In this document: positions 27,062-35,027 of the stretch, in pieces
Layout of the letters: each line of letters begins with the position of its first letter
Position numbering within the stretch: position 1 is the stretch's first letter
Origin: Deltaproteobacteria bacterium HGW-Deltaproteobacteria-19
GTDB lineage: Bacteria > Desulfobacterota > Syntrophia > Syntrophales > PHBD01
Assembly (NCBI GenBank): GCA_002841865.1
Contig: PHBD01000007.1
Span: forward strand, 18,726-82,725
Length of the DNA: 64,000 nucleotides
Reading direction: 5' to 3'
Program-made: the position numbers and the translations under genes
Notes under the pieces: model-generated
The model's input: the letters and a program-made list of their open reading frames with translations, nothing else
The model's database searches: none
What the model was told of the DNA's origin: nothing

Positions 27062-28927
27062 TCAGGCACTGAACGATTCGTCTGCGATTTCGAGGGCGAT
27101 CTTGTCACCGATCTTGATGGCCTCGCACCGTCCCTTGATGGTCGGCAGGATCTCCGAGGCGAAGAACTTCGCGCTGGCGATTTTCCCGGCGTAAAAGGCC
27201 ACGTCCCGGTTCTCGCGAACGAGGGCCCGCTGCCGACCCTTCGATTTCTCCGCTCCCGCTTCCGCATAGATGACCTTGAGTTTCTCCTCGGCGATGGAAG
27301 CGGCCTGCAGGAGGAAATGCCCCATCAGGACATCGCCCATGATGTCGAGGAACGGTGACGCATAGAGAATGGGGATCAGGAAGCTGCCGCTCTTGCCGAG
27401 GGAGGCGAAGGTCATGGTGAGGTCCATCAGGGCATTCATGGCCTCCTCCAGCCGGCCGGCGTAAGCCTTCAGGTCCTCACTGGCCTTCGCCTTGGCGACG
27501 GTGGCGCCCATCTCCCCCAGCATGTTCATCATGTTGGCGCCCTTGCGCATTCCCAGTTTCCGGCCCACCAGGTCCAGGGACTGGATCCCGTTGGTTCCCT
27601 CGTAGATGCTGGCGATCTTGCAGTCCCGCATGTACTGCTCGACCGGGTACTCCTGGCAGTAGCCGTAACCGCCGTACACGTCGATGGCTTTGCCGCAGAC
27701 CTCGAAGCCGCGGTCGGAGGAATAGGCCTTGCAGATCGGCGTCAGGATCTCCACGAAGCCCTGCCATCGATCCTTTTCCGCCTCCGTCTCGGCCACCTCC
27801 GCCCGGTCCATGCAGCAGGCGGTGAAGTAGTTCATCATCCGCAGCCCCTCCACGTAGGCCTTCATCCACAGGAGGTCGCGCCGGACGTCGGGGTGCTCGA
27901 TGATGGCGACGGCCTTGGCGTCGGGATTCTTCATCTCCCAGACGGGGGTGCTCTGGATCCGGTCCTTGGCGTACTGAACCGCGTGCTCCAGGGCGGCGGA
28001 GGCGTGGCCGAGGCCCTGCATGCCCACCTCGAGCCGCGCCTCATTCATCATGTGGAACATGACCCGCATGCCCTCCCGCTCCTTGCCGAGAAGCTCGCCG
28101 ATGCACGTTCCATCCTCGCCGAAGTTCAGGGTGCAGGTGGCGTTCCCCTTGAGGCCCATCTTGTGCTCGACGTTGCCCGTGTTGACGTCGTTGCGCTCGC
28201 CGAGGCTGCCGTCAGGGTTGACGCGGACTTTCGGCACAATGAAGATGGAGATTCCGCGCGTCCCCGCGGGATCCCCTTCGATCCGGGCCAGCACCGGATG
28301 CACGATGTTCGGGGCCAGGTCATGGTCCCCGGCGGAGATGAAGCACTTGGTCCCGGTGATGCTGAAGGTCCCGTCGGGATTCCGGCGGGCCGTCGTCTTG
28401 AGGGCGCCCACGTCGCTCCCGGCGCCCGGCTCGGTGAGGCACATGGTGCCGCACCACTCGCCGGCGAACATCTTGTACATGTACTTCTTCTTCTGTTCTT
28501 CCGTACCGAACCGCTCGATGAGTCCGGCCGCCCCGAAGGTCAGGCCGCTGTACATGAGGAACGCGATGTTGGCGGAGGCGAACAGTTCCGTCATGGCCGT
28601 AGTCACGGAGATCGGCAGACCCTGGCCTCCGACGTCCGGGGATTTCGTCGGGCAGAGCCAGCCGCCTTCCACGAATTTCTTGAAGGCGTCCTTGAAGGGC
28701 GCGGGCGTCGTCACCTTGCCGTCCTTCAGGTGGCAGCCCTGCTTGTCACCCTCCACATAGGTGGGAAGGATGTTGGTGACGGCCATTTTTTCAGCCTCGT
28801 TGAGCATCATGAGGATGTCGTCGCTGGAAAAATCCTTGAACTTCTCGCTTGCGAACAGCTTGTCGATGCCGAGCTGCTCGAAGAGAACGAACTGCTGATC
28901 CCGCATGTTCACCAGTGAATTGCCCAT
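27062..28927 (-). CDS. Long acyl-CoA dehydrogenase with C-terminal extension domain
   Basis: 621 aa with TEPGAGSDVGALKT and IASIYEGTNGIQ (MCAD-type catalytic Glu), plus a ~170-aa helical C-terminal domain. Confidence 0.9.
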   Translation of the reverse strand: MGNSLVNMRDQQFVLFEQLGIDKLFASEKFKDFSSDDILMMLNEAEKMAVTNILPTYVEGDKQGCHLKDGKVTTPAPFKDAFKKFVEGGWLCPTKSPDVGGQGLPISVTTAMTELFASANIAFLMYSGLTFGAAGLIERFGTEEQKKKYMYKMFAGEWCGTMCLTEPGAGSDVGALKTTARRNPDGTFSITGTKCFISAGDHDLAPNIVHPVLARIEGDPAGTRGISIFIVPKVRVNPDGSLGERNDVNTGNVEHKMGLKGNATCTLNFGEDGTCIGELLGKEREGMRVMFHMMNEARLEVGMQGLGHASAALEHAVQYAKDRIQSTPVWEMKNPDAKAVAIIEHPDVRRDLLWMKAYVEGLRMMNYFTACCMDRAEVAETEAEKDRWQGFVEILTPICKAYSSDRGFEVCGKAIDVYGGYGYCQEYPVEQYMRDCKIASIYEGTNGIQSLDLVGRKLGMRKGANMMNMLGEMGATVAKAKASEDLKAYAGRLEEAMNALMDLTMTFASLGKSGSFLIPILYASPFLDIMGDVLMGHFLLQAASIAEEKLKVIYAEAGAEKSKGRQRALVRENRDVAFYAGKIASAKFFASEILPTIKGRCEAIKIGDKIALEIADESFSA

Positions 28928-29060
28928 GATTCAGGAACCTCCTCTTTCGTAAAATGGTTTTCCAAGTCGTCTGTTCCGCGAGGCCGCCCGGACAACCCGC
29001 CTCAACGGAGCGCCCGCGGAACTTCTCTTCCCGTTGTGAAGAACTATGGCGTTTCCCTCT

Positions 29061-29225
29061 TCAATCCATCGATGAAAACATCCAGCATGGAGTGAATGCC
29101 GGACAGGATGCGCTCCCGCCTTCCGGACTCCGGAATCCCTTCTCCAGGAAGAGCTTCCGGGCCGCCTTGAGGATGGCGTTTCTGCGGCTGTCCTTGTCGC
29201 GTTGTCGTCGCTCTTCGAATACCAT
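29061..29225 (-). pseudogene. Probable TetR-family regulator remnant
   Basis: The minus-strand ATG at 29225 reads MVFEERRQRDKDSRRNAILKAARKLFLEKGF, a typical TetR N-terminus. It then diverges and stops after 54 codons. Another frame continues RERILSGIHSMLDVFIDGLKRE. No full-length TetR ORF is present. Confidence 0.35.
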
Positions 29226-29329
29226 GGCAGATCTTCTGAATGGGCGGTCTTGCCCGGGGCGATCAGTCTGCGTGCGGGCCCCGGGAAAAGAAAGCTGGCC
29301 GCGCGCCGCTCCTCAAACGAAAACATTTT

Positions 29330-29345
29330 TGCAAGACGGGTGCCA
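29330..29345 (-). promoter_or_regulatory. Near-consensus sigma54 (-24/-12) promoter
   Basis: The minus strand reads T-TGGCAC-CCGTC-TTGCA-A, an exact TGGCAC-N5-TTGCA. It lies upstream of the TetR remnant and the ACAD/HAD-ECH/thiolase operon. Confidence 0.6.
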
Positions 29346-29617
29346 AACGGCGGTCAGCTGCAATAACTCGGAATCACTGCTGAATTTTCGGCATCTCCCT
29401 CACGGAGGCCTGTGAATGCGCCATATATTGTGCACACCAACCCATATGTTGAATGTCGCGAGACAAGGCTGCACACCATGTTGTCGCTTAGGGAGGTCCC
29501 TGGAGGTTGCGTTGCCGCGTTCCTGCCTCAACAGGAAGAGGGGCGGGAATATTCTGAACAGGGCAGCCGGACGCCGGACCATCAGGGCGTTTCCGGTACA
29601 TCCGGCTGCCGGAGGGA

Positions 29618-30307
29618 TTATCTTGACAGGACGATGAGGGCGTCCACGACAATGGGGTCTTTCCCGGAGAGAATCACCGGGTTCAGGTCGATCTCCAGGA
29701 CGGAGGCGATGTCCATCCCGATTTGACCGAGGCTGATCAGCATATCGGCGAGCCGGTCCCGGTCCGCCGCCTCCATGCCCCGGACCGCGTCGAGAATCGC
29801 GTGGGCGCGGATCTCCCGCATCATCGCCATGGCGTCATCACCGGAGAGGGGGGCTCTCCGGAAGGCAATGTCCTTCAGGATCTCCGTGAAGATCCCGCCG
29901 AGGCCGAACATGACGCAGGGTCCGAACTGGCCGTCCCGTGTCAGTCCCATGACGAGTTCCCGGCGCCCCCTGACCATCTCCTGGATCAGGACGCCGCCCT
30001 TGTGGCCCGCCAGACCGTGCTTGATCTCCCGGAAGGCCGCCAGGGCCTCGGCGCTCGTCCGGACGTCCACGCGGATCAGTCCCTTTTCCGTCTTGTGGGC
30101 GATCTCGGCGGAGCAGCCCTTCATCACCAGCGGATATCCGATCTCCGCTGCCGCCCGGGGGACGTCCTTTTCCTCGCAGACAAGGACTTCCCGCGTCACG
30201 GGGATCCCGTAGGCCTCAAGGACCCGCTTCGACTCGTACTCCGACAGAACCTTGCGCCCTTCCCCGAGGGCACCCTCGATGATTTTTTCAGCCGATTCCC
30301 GGTTCAT
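29618..30307 (-). CDS. ADP-forming acetyl-CoA synthetase (acetate--CoA ligase), beta/ATP-grasp subunit
   Basis: The start at 30307 overlaps the upstream stop (ATGA). LSEYESKRVLEAYGIPV, YPLVMKG and VLIQEMV are ATP-grasp strings. Confidence 0.8.
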   Translation of the reverse strand: MNRESAEKIIEGALGEGRKVLSEYESKRVLEAYGIPVTREVLVCEEKDVPRAAAEIGYPLVMKGCSAEIAHKTEKGLIRVDVRTSAEALAAFREIKHGLAGHKGGVLIQEMVRGRRELVMGLTRDGQFGPCVMFGLGGIFTEILKDIAFRRAPLSGDDAMAMMREIRAHAILDAVRGMEAADRDRLADMLISLGQIGMDIASVLEIDLNPVILSGKDPIVVDALIVLSR

Positions 30308-31815
30308 GACGTTTCCCCCTTCCCGTAGCATCGGTTGACGTGCCCGATGGCCCGCATGGCATCCCCGATCTCGTCGAAAACGGGCAGTCCCCGTTCCAGG
30401 AAAGCCTCGCGAACCTTCGCATGAATCTCCACGACGTCCATGTCGGGGAATCCTCTCTTGGCGTTTGGAAGGACGAAGACGACGGGCTTGTCCGTTTCAA
30501 CGGCCACGGCCTTCATCCGGTCGGCCAGCTCCCGGTAGGGAAACACCTCCTCGATCGTCTTGCCCTGGTCCTGCGCCAGCCCCTTGAAATGGTGGGTGAG
30601 GACGATCAGGATCTGCAGATCGATCCGGCTGTCGCCGGCCACGGCGCGGAATATCTTCTCCAGGAGCGCGGGGGGCGCATAGGGATTCGCCACGTCGACA
30701 GGGTTCACGCCGCTCGCTCCCGACTTGGGCAGCAGGGCCTCGACCCGGCCCCTCGCATCCGTGCCCAGGGGCGGGACTTCGAGACCGAAGGTCTCCGCGG
30801 CGTCGCAGGCGGCGATGCCCAGGGCCCCTCCCCCGCCGGTAAAGGACAGGCCGCGGTACACTCGTTCGGGGAGCAGGGAAAAGGCCAGGCATGCCTGGGC
30901 CATCTCCTGCAGGTCCCGGACCTGGACCGCCCCGGCCTGACGAAGCACGGACTCCCAGATCACCCGGCTGCCGCCCAGGGACGCCGTGTGGCTCACGACG
31001 GCCCGGCCGCCGGCCGATGACAGGCCCCCCTTGAGGATCACGACGGGCTTCTTTGCCGCGGCGGCCTTCAGGGCGTCCAGAAATTCGCTTCCGTCGCGGA
31101 CCCCCTCCACATACATGGCGATGACCCCGGTCTCCGGATCGTCCGCCAGGTAGCGCAAGAGCTCCGCCTCCCGCAGGTCGGCCCCGTTCCCGAAGCTGAC
31201 GACCTTGCTGAAACGAAGCCCCATCCACATCCCCGTCATCATGAAGTCGCTGGCCAGGCCGCCGCTCTGCGACAGGAAGGCGACGGGGCCGCTCTCCCGC
31301 GAGAGATCGGGGTTCGGAAAGAACGTGAGGCCGCTCTTCGGGCAGTAGATGCCGAAGCAGTTGGGCCCGATCACCCGGATTCCCGACGCGGCGATCCGCC
31401 GGACCTCGTCTTCGCGGCCTATCCCCTCGGAGGTACCAAGTTCCCTGAACCCGGACGTGATGATGACGGCCCCGGCGGCGCCTTTTTTCCGGCCGGCCTC
31501 GAGGATCGGGAGGACTGCCTCCGCGGCCACGGCGATGACGATCAGGTCCAGTTCGCCCGGGATGTCCTCGACATTCTTAAAGATCGAGAGACCCGCGATC
31601 TCACCCCCCTTCGGATTCACCGGGAGGATCTCCCCCTCGAAGCCGATGGCCTGCAGCGACGTCAGGTAGCGCGTCCCGAAACCGACGCCGCCCCCCGGCG
31701 ATACCCCGGCCACGGCGACCCTGCGCGGATGGAAGATCCGCTCGTAGTCGGTCCCTGCGGCCCGGGCGGCATCCGGAGCTTTCACAGCGGACGAATCCTG
31801 GTTTCCCGTCTTCAT
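30304..31815 (-). CDS. ADP-forming acetyl-CoA synthetase, alpha subunit (CoA-binding and succinyl-CoA-ligase-like domains)
   Basis: 503 aa with IFHPRRVAVAGVSP, RVIGPNCFGIY, AFLSQSGGLA and VVSHTASLGG (phospho-His loop). Confidence 0.85.
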   Translation of the reverse strand: MKTGNQDSSAVKAPDAARAAGTDYERIFHPRRVAVAGVSPGGGVGFGTRYLTSLQAIGFEGEILPVNPKGGEIAGLSIFKNVEDIPGELDLIVIAVAAEAVLPILEAGRKKGAAGAVIITSGFRELGTSEGIGREDEVRRIAASGIRVIGPNCFGIYCPKSGLTFFPNPDLSRESGPVAFLSQSGGLASDFMMTGMWMGLRFSKVVSFGNGADLREAELLRYLADDPETGVIAMYVEGVRDGSEFLDALKAAAAKKPVVILKGGLSSAGGRAVVSHTASLGGSRVIWESVLRQAGAVQVRDLQEMAQACLAFSLLPERVYRGLSFTGGGGALGIAACDAAETFGLEVPPLGTDARGRVEALLPKSGASGVNPVDVANPYAPPALLEKIFRAVAGDSRIDLQILIVLTHHFKGLAQDQGKTIEEVFPYRELADRMKAVAVETDKPVVFVLPNAKRGFPDMDVVEIHAKVREAFLERGLPVFDEIGDAMRAIGHVNRCYGKGETS

Positions 31816-31857
31816 GTCGTCTCCTTTCTCCTCCCCGTTCTCCCGTTCGGGTTTATA

Positions 31858-31869
31858 TCTTGTATGCGA
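31858..31869 (-). promoter_or_regulatory. Copy 1 of a repeated 12-mer (candidate MarR operator) upstream of the acetyl-CoA synthetase operon
   Basis: The plus strand reads TCTTGTATGCGA, identical to 32320-32331. It lies 43-54 nt upstream of ATG 31815. Confidence 0.35.
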
Positions 31870-31888
31870 TCTTTCATGGCAAAATATT

Positions 31889-32299
31889 TCAGCGCCACAG
31901 GTCCTTCAGCATCCGTTCGAGAAGCAGCCTTTCCTCCGGCTTGAAAACGGACAGGACCTCCCTGTTCATGGCCTCGACATCGTTCAGCATCGCGTCCCGG
32001 ATGCCGAGAGCTTTCTCCGTCAGGTGGAGATTCGTGACCCGCCGATCCCCGTCGGGGGTGCTCCGGATAAGCCACCCGCCCTCCTCCATCCTGGCCAGGA
32101 CGCCCGAGAGGGTAGCACTGTCCAGGACGAGCCGCCGGCCGATTTCCCCCGCCGGGAGACCCTCGTCCTGGAAGAGAGCGGTAAGAACGAGGGACTGCAT
32201 GGGCGTCAGGCCGTAGCGCTGGAACATGGGCTTGAACCGGCCGTGGACCCGCTGGTTGGCTTTGGCCAGGACGAACAGGATAACGTCTTCGTAATGCAA
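31889..32299 (-). CDS. MarR-family transcriptional regulator
   Basis: A winged-helix core is present: LTPMQSLVLTALFQDEGLPAGEIGRRLVLDSATLSGVLARMEEGGWLIRSTPDGDRRV. The start is uncertain. I favour TTG at 32299 (GGGGCGGGAG upstream) over the ORF-track start at 32536. Confidence 0.75.
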   Translation of the reverse strand: MHYEDVILFVLAKANQRVHGRFKPMFQRYGLTPMQSLVLTALFQDEGLPAGEIGRRLVLDSATLSGVLARMEEGGWLIRSTPDGDRRVTNLHLTEKALGIRDAMLNDVEAMNREVLSVFKPEERLLLERMLKDLWR

Positions 32300-32319
32300 A
32301 ACTCCCGCCCCTTTCGATG

Positions 32320-32331
32320 TCTTGTATGCGA
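32320..32331 (-). promoter_or_regulatory. Copy 2 of the repeated 12-mer, upstream of marR
   Basis: TCTTGTATGCGA is embedded in the imperfect palindrome ATGTCT-TGTATGCG-AGATAT, 21-32 nt upstream of the proposed marR start. Confidence 0.35.
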
Positions 32332-32534
32332 GATATAAAAACCGTCCCTTCGTGTCAAGGGCAAATCGATCCCACTCCAAAATAGCCGCGAATTCTGCAG
32401 ATCCGCATATCCGGGCGATATCTTCGGGGCACGGATGTAAGGGAGAGTGATTTTCGAGTGCAAGGGCCGGATGGGGAAAACGCCGCAGGCGGCTTTTTTC
32501 AGCGGCCTGCCGGGATTGTGCGGGGCGCCTTCCC

Positions 32535-33044
32535 ATGATAAGGGTCGAAGAAATTTTTCAGGATGGAATCATGAACACGGAAAGCAAAATCGTCCCCGTC
32601 CTCCGGGAGGGGGTTCACATCGTCAAGATGGTGCTCTACCGGGTCGTCAAGGAAGGATTCACCGACAGGGATCCGCCCATGGAAGAGGACCGGGCGAGCA
32701 AACTGGCCGGGGCTGTCGTCAACGAACTCTTCGGGACACCGAACCGGGAGGAGCCGTTTCTCTCCTTCGCCCGGGACAACCGGTCGTCGATCCGGACGGA
32801 GATGGAACGTCTCGCCGCGGAATATCCGGAAATGAAAATCCCGCTCACGGACGCGCTCCGGATCCAGTTCCTCTGCGACAGCCGGGAAGGATTTGACGAC
32901 ACGCGGCTCCTCGTGCAGGCAAGGGACCTGGGCATCCTGATGCTCGAGCGTGACCTGCCGCTGCCGGACGCCTTCATGGCCCTGGCCCGCCGCCTCGGCG
33001 AGGAGCACAACCTGACCCGCCAGGTTCATATCCCTTCGGCCTGA
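32535..33044 (+). CDS. Hypothetical protein
   Basis: 169-aa ORF with protein-like composition and no recognisable motifs. An alternative start at 32571 (MNTESK) is possible. Confidence 0.45.
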   Translation: MIRVEEIFQDGIMNTESKIVPVLREGVHIVKMVLYRVVKEGFTDRDPPMEEDRASKLAGAVVNELFGTPNREEPFLSFARDNRSSIRTEMERLAAEYPEMKIPLTDALRIQFLCDSREGFDDTRLLVQARDLGILMLERDLPLPDAFMALARRLGEEHNLTRQVHIPSA

Positions 33045-33064
33045 AAAGGGGTCAGACCCCTTAT

Positions 33065-34498
33065 TTAACGGCCCCGTTTTGTCCGGAGGGTCACCAGGGA
33101 AGAGAGAAACGCCAGGGCGCACACCGCGGCGCCGGCCAGGAACGCGTTCCGGAAGGCTGAAAGGAGCGGGCCTGAGACAAGGATGGCCTGTTCCCGGCTC
33201 AAATGGCGGATGGAGACGCCCTCCGGCAGAGATCCGGAGAAGACCGTCTCGAAAAGGCAGATGCCCAGAAGCATGCCCACGTTCATGAGGGTAGTGTAGA
33301 GGCCTGAGGCGACGCCCTGGGAATCCCGCGGGGCGAGGCTCATGACGAGGTGGTTGTTCGAAGCGAAGAAGAGGCCGTAGGACACCGCCAGGAGCACCAG
33401 GAAAAGGACCGCCGGCAGCAGCCCGGGACGGGACAGGGTGAAGGCGAACACGAGGCAGGTCGCCAGGCAGAGGAACGTCGCAGCGACACAGATCCGGGCC
33501 GGATCGACACGGTCCGAGAGGCGTCCCGAGTAGGGCCCGATGGGCATGTACACAACCGAGTAGATCATGATGACGCCGCCGACCGCCGCCGGGGCCAGCC
33601 CCTTCGCCAGTTCCAGGTAGAACGGCATCAGGAAATTCCCCCCGGCCAGGAGCATCATCGCCAGAAAAGTGGTCACCACGGCAAAGCCGAAGTCCCGCCT
33701 GGCCAGCAGGCTGAAACGGAGGACGGGATCGGCGGCCCGCTTTTCCCGCACCCAGAAGGCCCCCAGGGACGCGATGGCGACCGCGAAGGAGCCGAGGATG
33801 AGCGGCGAGCCCCAGCCCTCTTCCTGTCCCATGCTGAATCCATAGACCAGCGTGGTGAAGAAGAGGAAGCTCAACACCGAGCCGGCAACGTCAAACGGGG
33901 CTTTCGCCCCGGCATGGCGGTCGGGCTCGATGGCCGGCAGGATTTTCCAGGACAGGAACAGGGCCAGGAGCCCGATGGGGACGTTGATGAGGAAGATCCA
34001 CTTCCAGGAGAAAAACCCCGTGATGAAGCCCCCCAGCGGGGAACCGACCATGATGCCCAGCGAGTTGGCGAATGAGCACACGCCGAAGGCCCAACCGGTG
34101 AGATGCTCCGGAAGCAGCCGGGAGACGATCGCGAAGGCGCTGACGATCATCATGGCGCCGCCGACCCCCTGGACGGCCCGGGCCAGGTCGAGGGTATGGA
34201 TCGTCGGGGCCAGGCCACAGAAGAGCGACGAGACGGAAAAGACGAGGTAGCCCATCAGAAAGATCCGCTTCAGGCCGAACCGGTCGCCGAGTTTCCCCAG
34301 GATCAGCATGCAGCCGGTCATGACCAGGAGGTAGATCAGGACGATCCACGACACTTCGCTGGTACCCACCTGGAAATACCGGGCGATGGTCGGCAGCGAG
34401 ATGTTGACGATGTAGCCGTCCAGGCGCACCATGAAGACGGCAAAGGCGATGCAGAGGATGACGGGATAGTACTTTCTTCTTTCCGCTTTTTCCGGCAC
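33065..34498 (-). CDS. MFS transporter, DHA2/EmrB-like (14-TMS type)
   Basis: 477 aa with a GTG start. GKLGDRFGLKR (MFS motif A) and about 14 hydrophobic segments. Confidence 0.85.
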   Translation of the reverse strand: MPEKAERRKYYPVILCIAFAVFMVRLDGYIVNISLPTIARYFQVGTSEVSWIVLIYLLVMTGCMLILGKLGDRFGLKRIFLMGYLVFSVSSLFCGLAPTIHTLDLARAVQGVGGAMMIVSAFAIVSRLLPEHLTGWAFGVCSFANSLGIMVGSPLGGFITGFFSWKWIFLINVPIGLLALFLSWKILPAIEPDRHAGAKAPFDVAGSVLSFLFFTTLVYGFSMGQEEGWGSPLILGSFAVAIASLGAFWVREKRAADPVLRFSLLARRDFGFAVVTTFLAMMLLAGGNFLMPFYLELAKGLAPAAVGGVIMIYSVVYMPIGPYSGRLSDRVDPARICVAATFLCLATCLVFAFTLSRPGLLPAVLFLVLLAVSYGLFFASNNHLVMSLAPRDSQGVASGLYTTLMNVGMLLGICLFETVFSGSLPEGVSIRHLSREQAILVSGPLLSAFRNAFLAGAAVCALAFLSSLVTLRTKRGR

Positions 34499-34573
34499 GC
34501 TTGTTCATCGCTTTCCCCGGCCGGATCCGGCCGGTTCGGCGCCCCGGCGGCACCTTTTATCCCGGAGGTTGTG

Positions 34574-34825
34574 ATGGCATCCATGATCGAGATCATTGGC
34601 AGGCGCGTCTCCTGCCGCTCCTACGACGGGCGGCCGCTCGATCCGGCGGACGCCGATGCGCTCAAACACGTTATGGCGGAGGGCTCCCGGACTGGAATAC
34701 ATCGTCACCTGGAAAGGAGCGCCCGCCGCCTGATCCGGACTGTGGAACCGGCAGCCGGACTCCGGTTCCCCCGGGCGTTTCCCGGAAGGGACTCCACATC
34801 CCGCGCCGCGCCGGGAGTCTACTAA
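34574..34825 (+). pseudogene. Possible truncated nitroreductase-family fragment
   Basis: MASMIEIIGRRVSCRSYDGRPLDPADADALKHVM resembles a nitroreductase N-terminus. The remainder is not protein-like and the ORF is only 84 codons. Confidence 0.2.
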
Positions 34826-35027
34826 ACTCAGCGCGTGCAGGCCAGTGTTTTCCGTGCTGCCGGCAGATCGTTCACCCGGCGGCCCGAACGATCCGGGAAC
34901 GGCGGGCAGAACGCGACATGGAGATCGACCGGCGTTCGCCGTTCGATGCACGGAAGAGGAAGGAATACGCACCATTCTCTCTGCTGACGGCAGGAACGGA
35001 GCAGCAGGCCGACAACGCGAGGCAGCC

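Noticed and set aside
24226-27072. 948-aa plus-strand ORF spanning the thiolase and HAD/ECH region
   Set aside because: It is antisense to two genes with unmistakable family motifs. The translation is R/G/P/A/H-rich and low-complexity, with no motifs. This is a typical high-GC antisense open frame.
28931-29415. ORFs 28931..29326 (-) 131 aa and 28954..29415 (+) 153 aa
   Set aside because: Neither has an SD or family similarity, and they overlap each other. The region is better explained as the sigma54 leader plus a TetR remnant.
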